The notes beneath the pieces are model-generated. The model was not told where the DNA came from, made no database searches, and was given only the letters and a program-made list of their open reading frames with translations. The translations under genes and the position numbers were made by a program. A stretch of 64,000 nt of DNA, from IMG/VR virus record IMGVR_UViG_3300023240_000010; one strand, written 5' to 3'. Numbering within the stretch: the first letter of the stretch is position 1; every line of letters begins with the position of its first letter. Positions 35,931 through 44,585 of the stretch are shown here, piece by piece. The DNA is from a virus.

Positions 35931-36728
35931 TTATCTCGATGTCAGACGTTTATGTTCGCCCACAATCTTATCAATGAATTGTTTCTTGATAACTCGTATC
36001 TTTCGAGAGTCTTGATTCTGTGCAATCATATACTCAAGATTGGTGACAGGTACTGTAGTCACCCGAGTCTCATAATAGAAGTCATACTCTAAACCATCAG
36101 AGTCCAAATAGTGATGTGTTCCTTCATACTCATACTTAGTGCTTACTAGAGTAAGTGCATTACTTGCACCATCTCCGTACGAAAGAAAGTTTTGATTCAA
36201 AGGAATCTCAGGACTTGCGGCCGCGCTATCAATTCTCACTGTTATCTCGGCGACTGCTAGATTCTTTCCAGTGACCACACCTTTCTGTTGACCAACAATA
36301 ACGTCTTGACCAACGGTGTAAATAGAAGCAAGATTTGAAAGAATCATTCGCTCTGCAATTGCTTCAGTGCCCCATAGCGTAACTTGTGCAGAATCAGGAG
36401 TAACATCGATTTTACAAGTGTAGTTAGTGTATGCCTTTTTTTGTGCGAAATCATATACATCCTGCAGACGCATCGGCCAACCGGACTCGCGCAGTCGCTC
36501 ATTCATTAAGAAGAATGTCCATTCGTATTCGCTCTTACCGTAAAGACGATATGCTAAGGTGTCAGGTCTATCTCCTTCAAGAATCTCATATTCTAAATAT
36601 GCTCCAACATCATCTTTGACTTGATCAATTAGATCGACGAACTTACTCAGTCTTTGAAATAAAACAGGATCTTCAGCATCACCGAAACTGTAGAGATTCT
36701 TAGGAAAGTTTTCAAAATAGTTTGACAT
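35931..36728 (-). CDS. gp53: Baseplate wedge subunit gp53
   Basis: MSNYFENFP..Y; YEILEGDRPDTLAYRLYG..YEWTFFLMN...WP; HHY; VTNLEY...N...RKIRVIK. Confidence 0.92.
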   Translation of the reverse strand: MSNYFENFPKNLYSFGDAEDPVLFQRLSKFVDLIDQVKDDVGAYLEYEILEGDRPDTLAYRLYGKSEYEWTFFLMNERLRESGWPMRLQDVYDFAQKKAYTNYTCKIDVTPDSAQVTLWGTEAIAERMILSNLASIYTVGQDVIVGQQKGVVTGKNLAVAEITVRIDSAAASPEIPLNQNFLSYGDGASNALTLVSTKYEYEGTHHYLDSDGLEYDFYYETRVTTVPVTNLEYMIAQNQDSRKIRVIKKQFIDKIVGEHKRLTSR

Positions 36729-37960
36729 TAAAAGTCCTCTCTTGCGACCATAAGTTTATCAAGTGCTTTAACTTCTTGAAACGATAACGCTATATCTACT
36801 TCGATGAAATTGCCATCTTGTAGAAGTCCATTACCGGTGGCATTGTATGATGTCTGAACATCTCGTAGATAACATCTTTGTATTTTTGAGGCAGCATTAC
36901 CGCCCAACTGATTCTTAACATCAATAGAAAAGACATTAGGAAACTTATATGCAATAGGAATTTTGTTGTCACCAAAAGTTAACATCTCAGGATACAACTC
37001 TTGTCTAAAGAACTTGACGATGCTCTTAATCTCTTCCGCTTCTGCGGCGCTGTTAGCAATCAATTTAAATGCAAACGCAAACTGTCGAATCTGAACTTCT
37101 TTGAACAAAGTTCTTTGATTAGGTGCAGAAGCAATACGTGTTGCATTCTTGACAGCATCACCCAGACCCTCTGTTGCTCCGGCGCCAAGTACAGCACCGC
37201 CTAAAGCACCGCCTGCTAATTTACCAATCAGCGCGCCGACTCCAGCGCCCGATGCTTTTGCGACTGCTTGTGCGGCAAGTGCAGAGGCAGCAGTACTGAA
37301 TGAACCGTCTCCTTTAGTAGCACCTTCGAATGGATTTTTACCACCAATTGCACCTGATAATCCAGCACCTAGTGCGCCAATAGCAGGACTCTCGTATACT
37401 ACGTTATCAGAGAAACGTAAGTCACGTTGCAGAGGTAGTAGAACACTACCTACATCTTCGCCGGATTGCGTATTCTCGTATGATTGAAGTTGATTAGATA
37501 ATCCAGAAAGATTATTTCTTTGCTCTTGAAGTTGTGCTGGAGTCATATCTTGTTCTGATTCAGAAACTTCGGAGTCAAGAACAGGTTTGCGGGTAAGTCT
37601 GTTATACAAACCTTTCATCTCTTTAGAAAGATCGATACCGTCTATTTTTATAGCAGTGAATAGAATAGTGCCAGGATATCCTTTGCCGCTCGTAGGCATT
37701 GACAGTGGGTATTTAAACCTGCGCGACTTGTCCTCTTCGAACATAGAAGGATTTTCTGCTATGTCAGCGACATTAGCAACTTCTTCATAAATGACTTTCG
37801 TCTTTGACTCCGCAGCAGGCGCACCACTTTCGTAGAATCTAAAGTTACTACTAGTAGGATCAGGTATGTTCTGCGACTTAGCAATCTCTGCCGCTTGTAC
37901 ATTTGCCGCTGCCGCTGCCGCTTGCTTTTGCGCCTGTCTCTGTTGTCCTCGACTTGCCAT
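36728..37960 (-). CDS. gp48: Baseplate tail-tube cap gp48
   Basis: FKYPL; L.LQRDL.FSDNVVY; PNQRTLFKEVQIRQFAFAFKL...EAEEIKSIVKFFR...YP..YKFPNVF..CYL..V...YN..LSFQE. Confidence 0.88.
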   Translation of the reverse strand: MASRGQQRQAQKQAAAAAANVQAAEIAKSQNIPDPTSSNFRFYESGAPAAESKTKVIYEEVANVADIAENPSMFEEDKSRRFKYPLSMPTSGKGYPGTILFTAIKIDGIDLSKEMKGLYNRLTRKPVLDSEVSESEQDMTPAQLQEQRNNLSGLSNQLQSYENTQSGEDVGSVLLPLQRDLRFSDNVVYESPAIGALGAGLSGAIGGKNPFEGATKGDGSFSTAASALAAQAVAKASGAGVGALIGKLAGGALGGAVLGAGATEGLGDAVKNATRIASAPNQRTLFKEVQIRQFAFAFKLIANSAAEAEEIKSIVKFFRQELYPEMLTFGDNKIPIAYKFPNVFSIDVKNQLGGNAASKIQRCYLRDVQTSYNATGNGLLQDGNFIEVDIALSFQEVKALDKLMVAREDF

Positions 37961-37970
37961 TTTATTTCCT

Positions 37971-38001
37971 ACTAAATAGAGTTTCTTTAAGGTTATTTAT
38001 A
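37971..38001. promoter_or_regulatory. Divergent late promoters between gp48 and gp4
   Basis: TATAAATA on the minus strand (37994-38001) facing gp48; ACTAAATA variant on the + strand (37971-37978) facing gp4. Confidence 0.75.
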
Positions 38002-38010
38002 AGTATAATT

Positions 38011-38529
38011 ATGGCGTATTCTGGAAGATATAAAGTTAAAAACCCCGAAAAGTACAAAGGCGATTACAATAAAGTCGTTTATCGTTCTCTATGGGAGAAG
38101 TATGCATTCATGTGGGCAGATGATAACACCGATATTAAGTACTGGTCAAGCGAAGAGACTGTCATACCTTATCTGTATGAGGTTGATATGCGATATCATC
38201 GATACTTCATGGACTTGAAGTTGACATACAAGAGTACCGGCAAGACTGTTCTGGTTGAAATCAAACCACACAAAGAACTGTCACCTCCTACAGGTTCACG
38301 TAAGACAAAGAGATACATCAATGAAGGTTTGACTTACATAAAGAATCAAAACAAATGGAAAGCGGCAGCATCGTATGCTAAGGATAATGGTTGGGACTTT
38401 GTGATATGGACTGAGAATGAATTGACTGCAATGGGTATTATGCCTAAGTCTACTCAGAAAGCAACTCCAAAGAAAAGTATTAAACCTTTAAAGAAAATGA
38501 AACCATACTCTAGGAAAAAGACTAAATAG
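38011..38529 (+). CDS. gp4: Head completion nuclease gp4
   Basis: MAYSGRYKVKNPEKYKGD..VVYRSLWE...WSSEE..IPY..HRYFMD..VEIKP..NQNKWKAA..TE; true start is the ATG at 38011. Confidence 0.95.
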   Translation: MAYSGRYKVKNPEKYKGDYNKVVYRSLWEKYAFMWADDNTDIKYWSSEETVIPYLYEVDMRYHRYFMDLKLTYKSTGKTVLVEIKPHKELSPPTGSRKTKRYINEGLTYIKNQNKWKAAASYAKDNGWDFVIWTENELTAMGIMPKSTQKATPKKSIKPLKKMKPYSRKKTK

Positions 38530-38533
38530 AACT

Positions 38534-39133
38534 ATGAGCGAAATATTTAAAAAAGTAGAAGCAGAAGCGTTTCGTGCAGGCATTACTCCTCGCACTAAAG
38601 AATCGCAGAACTGGTTTAGACGCAAGGTGCAGAATATGCGCGGTCTTAATCGGCGGGCATTAATGCGCGAAGAAGAACTAGAACAGCGAGGTCCTAATGT
38701 TGCGAAGCAGAAGAGCGGCATTGGAGACATGTACATGTACTTCTATGATGCTAAGAACAGAGCAACACTTCCATACTGGGATGCGTTTCCTCTGGTAATC
38801 ATTGTTGGTCCTGCAAAGGGCGGGTTCTATGGTTTGAATCTTCATTACTTACCTATTGCATTAAGAGCAAGATTTCTTGATGAGTTAATGAAGGTCACAA
38901 ACAATAAAGCATTCGATGAAACCACAAAGTTTCAGACTAAATATTCTATGCTTCAGAGAAGTGCGAAGATGAGATTCTTTAAACCTTGTTTCAAGCATTA
39001 CTTAACATCTCAGATTGAAGGTCGTATGGCATACGTGCCACCACCTGAATGGGAGATCGCGACTTTCTTACCCACGGCACAATTCCAGGGCAACAAGGGT
39101 CAAGTATATAAAGATTCACGGAGTATGATCTAA
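38534..39133 (+). CDS. gp2: DNA end protector protein gp2
   Basis: GDMYMYFYDAK...LPYWDAFPL...GFYGLNLHYLP..R...KPCFKHYL...EWEIATFLPTAQF. Confidence 0.95.
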   Translation: MSEIFKKVEAEAFRAGITPRTKESQNWFRRKVQNMRGLNRRALMREEELEQRGPNVAKQKSGIGDMYMYFYDAKNRATLPYWDAFPLVIIVGPAKGGFYGLNLHYLPIALRARFLDELMKVTNNKAFDETTKFQTKYSMLQRSAKMRFFKPCFKHYLTSQIEGRMAYVPPPEWEIATFLPTAQFQGNKGQVYKDSRSMI

Positions 39134-39864
39134 TGTTTAGACCAGGTAGTGTAGACGAATTTAAAAGTGTGTTTGGTGCTAAAGGAGGTGCGGCAAGACC
39201 CAACTTGTATCACGTTCTTTTGCCTCGTATGTCATCCCAATCGCCCAAAGATATGTCGTTTATGTGTACAAGTGTTACACTTCCCTCACGACAGATCAGT
39301 ACTGTTGCACGAGAGATTGGCGCTGATATACAGCAAGTGGCATACGGGTTCATGAATCCAGAAGTCAGTATGACATTCAGAGTAATGAATGATCAGGGCA
39401 CACGAAGATACTTCGAAGAGTGGATGGATAGAATTATTATGCGTGTTGGTGATGCGGGCGAAGGAAGATACGTTGCTGGATATGCAGACTCATATTGCTT
39501 TCCTCTACACATCTATCAACTTCAAAAAGGATTCACTACACCTCTATTCAATGTCAGCAAAGATATTAATCTTGGTCCTATCTCTCTCAATCTTGATATA
39601 GATGTTGACGCAGGAACAAGCGGTTCAGCAAACTATCATTGGTTACTTGATCGTGCATTTCCTAAGTCGATTGTATACGAAACATTTACGGATGCATCGC
39701 AGAATGAAATCAGTCAGTTCACTGTAGAGTTTACATACAAATCATGGCAGGGTCAATATATGGAATCCGCTGATAAGGGCAAAGTAGGAATCACAGCAAC
39801 TGGTGCCGCATCAACAAATGCGGCAAGTAAAGTAACAAACAAGATATTCAAAGGACTAAATTAA
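39133..39864 (+). CDS. gp54: Baseplate tail-tube initiator gp54 (gp19-like fold)
   Basis: GGAARPNLY.V..MC.SV.LP.R...MTF..YFEEW..FPKSI...NEISQFTVEFTYK.W; sits between gp2 and gp26. Confidence 0.75.
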   Translation: MFRPGSVDEFKSVFGAKGGAARPNLYHVLLPRMSSQSPKDMSFMCTSVTLPSRQISTVAREIGADIQQVAYGFMNPEVSMTFRVMNDQGTRRYFEEWMDRIIMRVGDAGEGRYVAGYADSYCFPLHIYQLQKGFTTPLFNVSKDINLGPISLNLDIDVDAGTSGSANYHWLLDRAFPKSIVYETFTDASQNEISQFTVEFTYKSWQGQYMESADKGKVGITATGAASTNAASKVTNKIFKGLN

Positions 39865-40256
39865 ATATGGCATACAGTGAGAAGTTACTAGACCATTACG
39901 AGAATCCCCGAAACGTGGGAAAGATGGACGAACATGACAAGAACGTGGGCACTGGTATGGTAGGTGCTCCTGCGTGTGGTGATGTTATGAGACTACAGAT
40001 AAGAGTAAGCGAAGAAGGAATAATAGAAGATGCTAAATTTAAAACCTATGGTTGTGGTTCTGCTATTGCTTCTAGTAGTCTGCTTACTGAATGGGTCATT
40101 GGTCTGACCTTGGATAAAGCAAACACAATCAAGAATACAGAACTGGCAGAAGAGTTAGCATTACCTCCTGTTAAGATACATTGTTCCGTCCTAGCAGAAG
40201 ACGCAATCAAGTCTGCTATCGCAGATTACAGAAATAAATAAAGAACTAAATTAAAT
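39850..40256 (+). repeat. 17-nt imperfect direct repeat flanking iscU
   Basis: aaaggactaaattaaat (39850-39866) versus aaagaactaaattaaat (40240-40256), one mismatch. Confidence 0.8.
39867..40241 (+). CDS. iscU: Fe-S cluster scaffold IscU (auxiliary metabolic gene)
   Basis: MAYSEK.LDHYENPRNVG, GAPACGDVM, FKTYGCGSAIASSS, LPPVKIHCS: all three Cys ligands and the HscA-binding LPPVK motif are present. Confidence 0.97.
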   Translation: MAYSEKLLDHYENPRNVGKMDEHDKNVGTGMVGAPACGDVMRLQIRVSEEGIIEDAKFKTYGCGSAIASSSLLTEWVIGLTLDKANTIKNTELAEELALPPVKIHCSVLAEDAIKSAIADYRNK

Positions 40257-40274
40257 TATTAAGGAAGTTAAATA

Positions 40275-40970
40275 ATGGCATTACCATCGTTAAATGATAC
40301 ACCCAAATATGAGTTGACAGTTCCATCATTGAAGAAGAAAGTAAAGTATAGACCTTACTTGGTCAAAGAAGAAAAGATTCTACTGTTAGCGTCGGAATCA
40401 AAAGATGTTACTCAGATAATGAACGCAGTACTCGATACAGTTATGGCATGTCTTGACGGTAATGCTATCAAACGAAATGAATTGACAACATTTGATATTG
40501 AATATATGTTTCTTCAGATCAGAGCAAAGTCTGTTGGTGAAGTTGTTACATTAAATGTCGCGTGTTCTGATTGTGACCATGAAAATGAGACTATTGTTGA
40601 TATCGGTGAGATTGAATGTAAAGTTGGTAAGAAGAGTAACATTATAAAATTAAGTGATACTATCTCAGTAGAGATGATGTATCCAAGTTATTCGATGGTC
40701 GACTTCAGTGAAGATGAGTCACAAGCAGGATTCAGTGTTCTTGGTAAGTGTATGAAGACTGTTATTACTGAAGAAGAACGAATCGTAATGGCAGACGAAT
40801 CAACAGAGAGTATTGATGCGTTTATTGATTCGATGACACAACAGCAGTTCGAAATGGTGTCATCCTATTTAAAAGATATGCCTTCAGTTAAGCATGAAGT
40901 TAAGTTTGACTGTGAAAAATGTGGTACACATAATAATGTTGTACTGGAGGGAATGCAGAGTTTTTTCTAG
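40275..40970 (+). CDS. gp26: Baseplate hub assembly protein gp26
   Basis: MALP.L..PKYELTVPS..KKVKYRPYLVKEEKILL..FDIEYMFLQIRAKSVGE..CxxC..CxxC..LEGMQSFF. Confidence 0.93.
   Translation: MALPSLNDTPKYELTVPSLKKKVKYRPYLVKEEKILLLASESKDVTQIMNAVLDTVMACLDGNAIKRNELTTFDIEYMFLQIRAKSVGEVVTLNVACSDCDHENETIVDIGEIECKVGKKSNIIKLSDTISVEMMYPSYSMVDFSEDESQAGFSVLGKCMKTVITEEERIVMADESTESIDAFIDSMTQQQFEMVSSYLKDMPSVKHEVKFDCEKCGTHNNVVLEGMQSFF
40961..40967 (+). promoter_or_regulatory. Candidate -1 ribosomal frameshift slippery site T TTT TTC
   Basis: X XXY YYZ heptamer over the last two gp26 codons; the -1 frame continues into the gp51 reading frame. Confidence 0.65.
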
Positions 40971-41161
40971 TATGCCTGTCTCACGACAATCTAGCAAATC
41001 ATTTTAAGACTAATTTTTTGCTATCCAGGTATCATAAGTATTCATTAACAGAGTTAGAGTTTATGATACCCTGGGAGAGAGAGGTACACTTGATACTGTT
41101 AATGCAAACCTTAGAAGAAGAGAAACAAGAGAGAGAAAGTAATGGCGCAAACACTGGATGA
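40961..41161 (+). CDS. gp51: Baseplate hub assembly protein gp51 (no start codon of its own; probably made as a gp26-gp51 frameshift fusion)
   Basis: Hand translation FFLVCLSHDNLANHFKTNFLLSRYHKYSLTELEFMIPWEREVHLILLMQTLEEEKQERESNGANTG*; HKYSLTELE.MIPWERE is the gp51 signature. Confidence 0.85.
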   Translation, partial: FFLVCLSHDNLANHFKTNFLLSRYHKYSLTELEFMIPWEREVHLILLMQTLEEEKQERESNGANTG

Positions 41162-42500
41162 CGTAGTACTAGAACAGATGCAGACTAACGAAACCCTTCA
41201 ACGGGTTGATCGTAGACTCGATAATTTTATTACGCTTTGGTTTAGTAATAAAATGGACGAGATGGAAATGATGCGCGAGAGAATCTCTGTGCCTGCTCCT
41301 ACCGCACCTGCAGAAAATACTAAACCAGAAAAAAGTACTGAAGGACTAGGATTTGGATTTGCTGCAATGGTCGCAGGTCTTACTGGTGCAGTTATTGGTT
41401 TCACATCTGGATTTGTTACGACTCTCAACAATATGTTAAAGTTCATTAAGATTGATCTTGGCAAAGTGTTTCTTAAATGGGGTAATTCGTTTAAAGCAAT
41501 CTTCTCAGCGGATGGAGCAATCGGTAAAGCAGTGTCAAAGGTAGGAACTTTCTTTAAACCTATGCTTGACTTCTTTGGCAGAATAGGCAAATTCTTTTCT
41601 GGTGGAGGAGTGCTACAGAAAGTCTTCGCTTCAATAGGAAAGTTCTTTCAACCTATCGCAACTTTTGTTGGTAAGTTTGGCGCAACATTCGCCAAGTTCT
41701 TTGGTTTCTTTAGAGTGTTAGGTAGAATATTTCTTCCTATTACTGTGGCAATCGAAGTAATATCAGCACTCTTTAAAGAGATGAGTAGTCTCGATGTAGG
41801 TGCAACTGTTGTAGATAAGATTCAAGCATTCTCGAAAGGCATATTGAAGGGTCTAATTAACGTAGTTATGATTCCGCTTGATATGATTATAAATGGTATT
41901 GCTTGGTTATCGAAGAAGATGTTCGGAGATACTAGTTTTTCTAAAGCACTCGAAGGTTTCTCTTTGTCTACTATGTTTAATGACATTGTTGACTGGATAG
42001 GAAATTTATTAAAAGCAGTTGGTCACAGTACAATGGCAGCACTCAGAGCATTAGTGACTCCTGGAGCATCTTCTACTGACGCATTTAAGAAAGAATTTGC
42101 TAGTATAATGAGTGGTGCAGGACCTACATCACCTGCCGAAAACGCAGTTGCGGTTTCTAGCGGCGGTGCTGGTGCGAGAAATCAACGCAGAATAGGTCAA
42201 GCAAATAGTAGAACTACTCTTGCAGAGATGAGTCAAGAAGGTCTTGCTAAAGCGGGTGTTACTGCTCAAGATAAATCTGTCGCCGAGAGACTGAGCAAGT
42301 CTACTATGCGAGATGAAATCAGTGGTCAGATTGGCAAAGAATCATTAGCAGTCGCTGGTAACGCAACAGTCAATATCACAAATGTTAATAATGTCAATGC
42401 TCCTACAACAACACAGAACAATGTACAAACTTCTAGTAGCGAATCTATGCTTGGTAATCCTACTAGCAATCGCCGTCGCAACAGATATCAGACTGGTTAA
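41142..42500 (+). CDS. Probable tape-measure / hub protein (gp29-like)
   Basis: Follows gp26/gp51; amphipathic F/G/K 11-residue-like repeats; hydrophobic segments; C-terminal NVNNVNAPTTTQNN. Confidence 0.65.
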   Translation: MAQTLDDVVLEQMQTNETLQRVDRRLDNFITLWFSNKMDEMEMMRERISVPAPTAPAENTKPEKSTEGLGFGFAAMVAGLTGAVIGFTSGFVTTLNNMLKFIKIDLGKVFLKWGNSFKAIFSADGAIGKAVSKVGTFFKPMLDFFGRIGKFFSGGGVLQKVFASIGKFFQPIATFVGKFGATFAKFFGFFRVLGRIFLPITVAIEVISALFKEMSSLDVGATVVDKIQAFSKGILKGLINVVMIPLDMIINGIAWLSKKMFGDTSFSKALEGFSLSTMFNDIVDWIGNLLKAVGHSTMAALRALVTPGASSTDAFKKEFASIMSGAGPTSPAENAVAVSSGGAGARNQRRIGQANSRTTLAEMSQEGLAKAGVTAQDKSVAERLSKSTMRDEISGQIGKESLAVAGNATVNITNVNNVNAPTTTQNNVQTSSSESMLGNPTSNRRRNRYQTG

Positions 42501-42501
42501 T

Positions 42502-42526
42502 AAAAAAAGGGACGCTTTCGCGTCCC
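42502..42526 (-). terminator. Rho-independent terminator (gp32 transcript; possibly bidirectional)
   Basis: Minus strand GGGACGC-GAAA-GCGTCCC followed by T7, between convergent genes. Confidence 0.92.
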
Positions 42527-42582
42527 CTTAGTTTCATCTTCGACCGGGTTACTCCCAAATATAACGTCTTATGAAGTTGACG

Positions 42583-43482
42583 TTATTCTGTCGCCGCTAG
42601 TTTAGCGAAGTAAGACATCGTGTCGTCTTCGTCTTCAGCGGCACTAGGCATGACAGGAGCAGGTGCTTCACGTACAGGCGCAGGCGCTTCATTAGTATCT
42701 AATGCTACAGTCTGTGCAATAGTGCGAGGCGCTTTTTCACCAAGAACAAGAGCAAGACGAGCAGATAACTCTTCGTATGTCTTGTAGGCAGAAGGATCAG
42801 AGAACTCGCTCAAGTCATAAACAGTTTCATATAACTGCTCAAGTTGATCATCATCACCGCCCATTAGAGGTGCTGGCGAAGAGAACTCAGATTTATCATA
42901 GTTACGATACCCTTCAACTTGACGAATCTTCAGTTTAAAGTCTGCACCTTCCCAGAAGTCGAATGGGTTAACTGGTTTCTCATCAGCGAACTGTGGTTGC
43001 ATAACATCCATGATCTTATCGAAGATTTTCTTACCATAAGTGTACATGAATACTTTGCCTTCATTGGCAGGATTAGATGGATCACTAACCACTAGTACAT
43101 TTGATACATAGTGCAAACGGCGCTTACGATCACGAACAATTGCTTTGTTATCATCAGTACCTGTGTTCCATAGGATACTGTTTGCTTCTGATACTGGATC
43201 TTGTTGACCAATAGAAGTCAAAGATTTCTCGATGAACCATTGACCAGTAGGACCCTTAAACCCGTGATCCCAATAGCGAACCCAAGGAGTTTCACATGTT
43301 TCAGGAGCAGGGAGAAAACGAAGTACAGCATAACCATTGCCTGCTTTATCAACAGTTGGTTTCCACTGACGTTCATCTTTATAGGATTTCTTTGCGTCTC
43401 CACCACCGCCTGAACCAGCACCAGCGGCACTGACAAGATCGGAGATTGAGTTACGGTTGCGTTTTAGATTTGCGAATGACAT
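42583..43482 (-). CDS. gp32: Single-stranded DNA-binding protein gp32
   Basis: DER.WKPTVDKAGNGYAVLRFLP, HGFKGPTGQWFIE, YGKKIFDKI, NPFDFWEGADFKLKIR..GYRNYDKSEF, acidic tail ending SYFAKLA. Confidence 0.97.
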   Translation of the reverse strand: MSFANLKRNRNSISDLVSAAGAGSGGGGDAKKSYKDERQWKPTVDKAGNGYAVLRFLPAPETCETPWVRYWDHGFKGPTGQWFIEKSLTSIGQQDPVSEANSILWNTGTDDNKAIVRDRKRRLHYVSNVLVVSDPSNPANEGKVFMYTYGKKIFDKIMDVMQPQFADEKPVNPFDFWEGADFKLKIRQVEGYRNYDKSEFSSPAPLMGGDDDQLEQLYETVYDLSEFSDPSAYKTYEELSARLALVLGEKAPRTIAQTVALDTNEAPAPVREAPAPVMPSAAEDEDDTMSYFAKLAATE

Positions 43483-43571
43483 ATTTATTTACCTTTAGTA
43501 TTATTACAGAGTATAGTTTCTAGTATGGTGTTGCTTTTTGTGTCCACTTGTATTTCATAATGTACTTGTAT

Positions 43572-43600
43572 ATAGTAACATAATAACTTACAGAAGTCAA
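43572..43600 (-). promoter_or_regulatory. Sigma70-type promoter upstream of gp32
   Basis: TTGACT-N17-TACTAT with a TG extension. Confidence 0.7.
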
Positions 43601-43609
43601 CCTTTTCTT

Positions 43610-43846
43610 TCATAGTGGCAAAGTATTTTGCCTTGGTAAATAATTTAGAGACATTGCTTCTGCCTCAATTTTGTTCTTGATGACAGGCGAGATGTACTTC
43701 TTACAATCTTCTACTTCCATGTTGTTGTTCTCACAAATCGCTACTACTGCATCCATATAGGGTTGTTGCTTCTCGCGCACCCAATCTTCTACCATCTTAG
43801 TGAAGCGACTCTTTGTCATCATCATACTACTTTCAAGTTTCATCAT
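43610..43846 (-). CDS. gp33: Late-transcription co-activator gp33
   Basis: TKSRFTKMVE..V...YMDAVV.ICE.NNME.E...K.IS..IK.KIEAEA..LNYL; sits upstream of gp32; start moved from the ORF track. Confidence 0.88.
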   Translation of the reverse strand: MMKLESSMMMTKSRFTKMVEDWVREKQQPYMDAVVAICENNNMEVEDCKKYISPVIKNKIEAEAMSLNYLPRQNTLPL

Positions 43847-44585
43847 TATTATAATAACCTTCCATTTCTTCAGTCCATACACCACCAACATCTAAGTAGT
43901 GAATACCAATAGTTCTTTTCTGTGTACCGTCTGCATGGTATGCTGGCGAAACACATACAGCGACTTGCTTGAACTCGCGCTTTTCGCCATAGTGCGAATC
44001 TAACCACACTCCTGATCTGACATAGGCGTTGAGATTGTAGAGATAAGTTTCCATTGTACGATACTGACTACGTATCGTAGAATCAGAAGACTCTTGATAG
44101 TTTTTACTCGCCTTCAGAAACGCCTTAGTCTCTGCTATCCATTCCTTCACTTTCGGGTAATACAATGCATGGTCTTCATCTTTATCAAGCACTGATGCAT
44201 GAATCGCAGGATCACTAGCAATTCTATCTTTCAGTTGTTGTGCTTTCTCAAGCAAAGGTAGAAGATTCTTCTTAATTGAAGTTTCAACAGTATCGGGCAT
44301 ATATCCCAATCGAATTGCTTTCCAACCATGCTTTGCAAATGGCAACATGAACGTATCAGGCAATAGGGCACTTTGCTCTGCCATATTCCAGTTACTACCG
44401 CGCACCCACTTCTTCATAGAGTGAAGGTATTCTTTATCAGTCACTTCAGCATGAACGAATTGTTCGCATTCAGTCCACGCTGCCATGCGCTTCTCTTCTG
44501 TATTCGCCTTCTCAAGTTTCTCCCAGTTAGGAGCAGGTACCAAAGTTTTCTTAGGTTTTGGTGTAAACTTCGCCTTCTTTGCCAT
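43833..44585 (-). CDS. Hypothetical protein
   Basis: 250-aa ORF coupled to both neighbours; C-terminal Y..NL..Y.RSGVWLD..YGE motif. Confidence 0.7.
   Translation of the reverse strand: MAKKAKFTPKPKKTLVPAPNWEKLEKANTEEKRMAAWTECEQFVHAEVTDKEYLHSMKKWVRGSNWNMAEQSALLPDTFMLPFAKHGWKAIRLGYMPDTVETSIKKNLLPLLEKAQQLKDRIASDPAIHASVLDKDEDHALYYPKVKEWIAETKAFLKASKNYQESSDSTIRSQYRTMETYLYNLNAYVRSGVWLDSHYGEKREFKQVAVCVSPAYHADGTQKRTIGIHYLDVGGVWTEEMEGYYNNDET

Noticed and set aside
37903-38010. ORF-track N-terminal extensions (gp4; also thyX, gp33, the 10308 GT, and the 49048 and 61613 ORFs)
   Set aside because: The extensions overlap promoters or neighbouring genes; conserved family N-termini begin at downstream ATGs.
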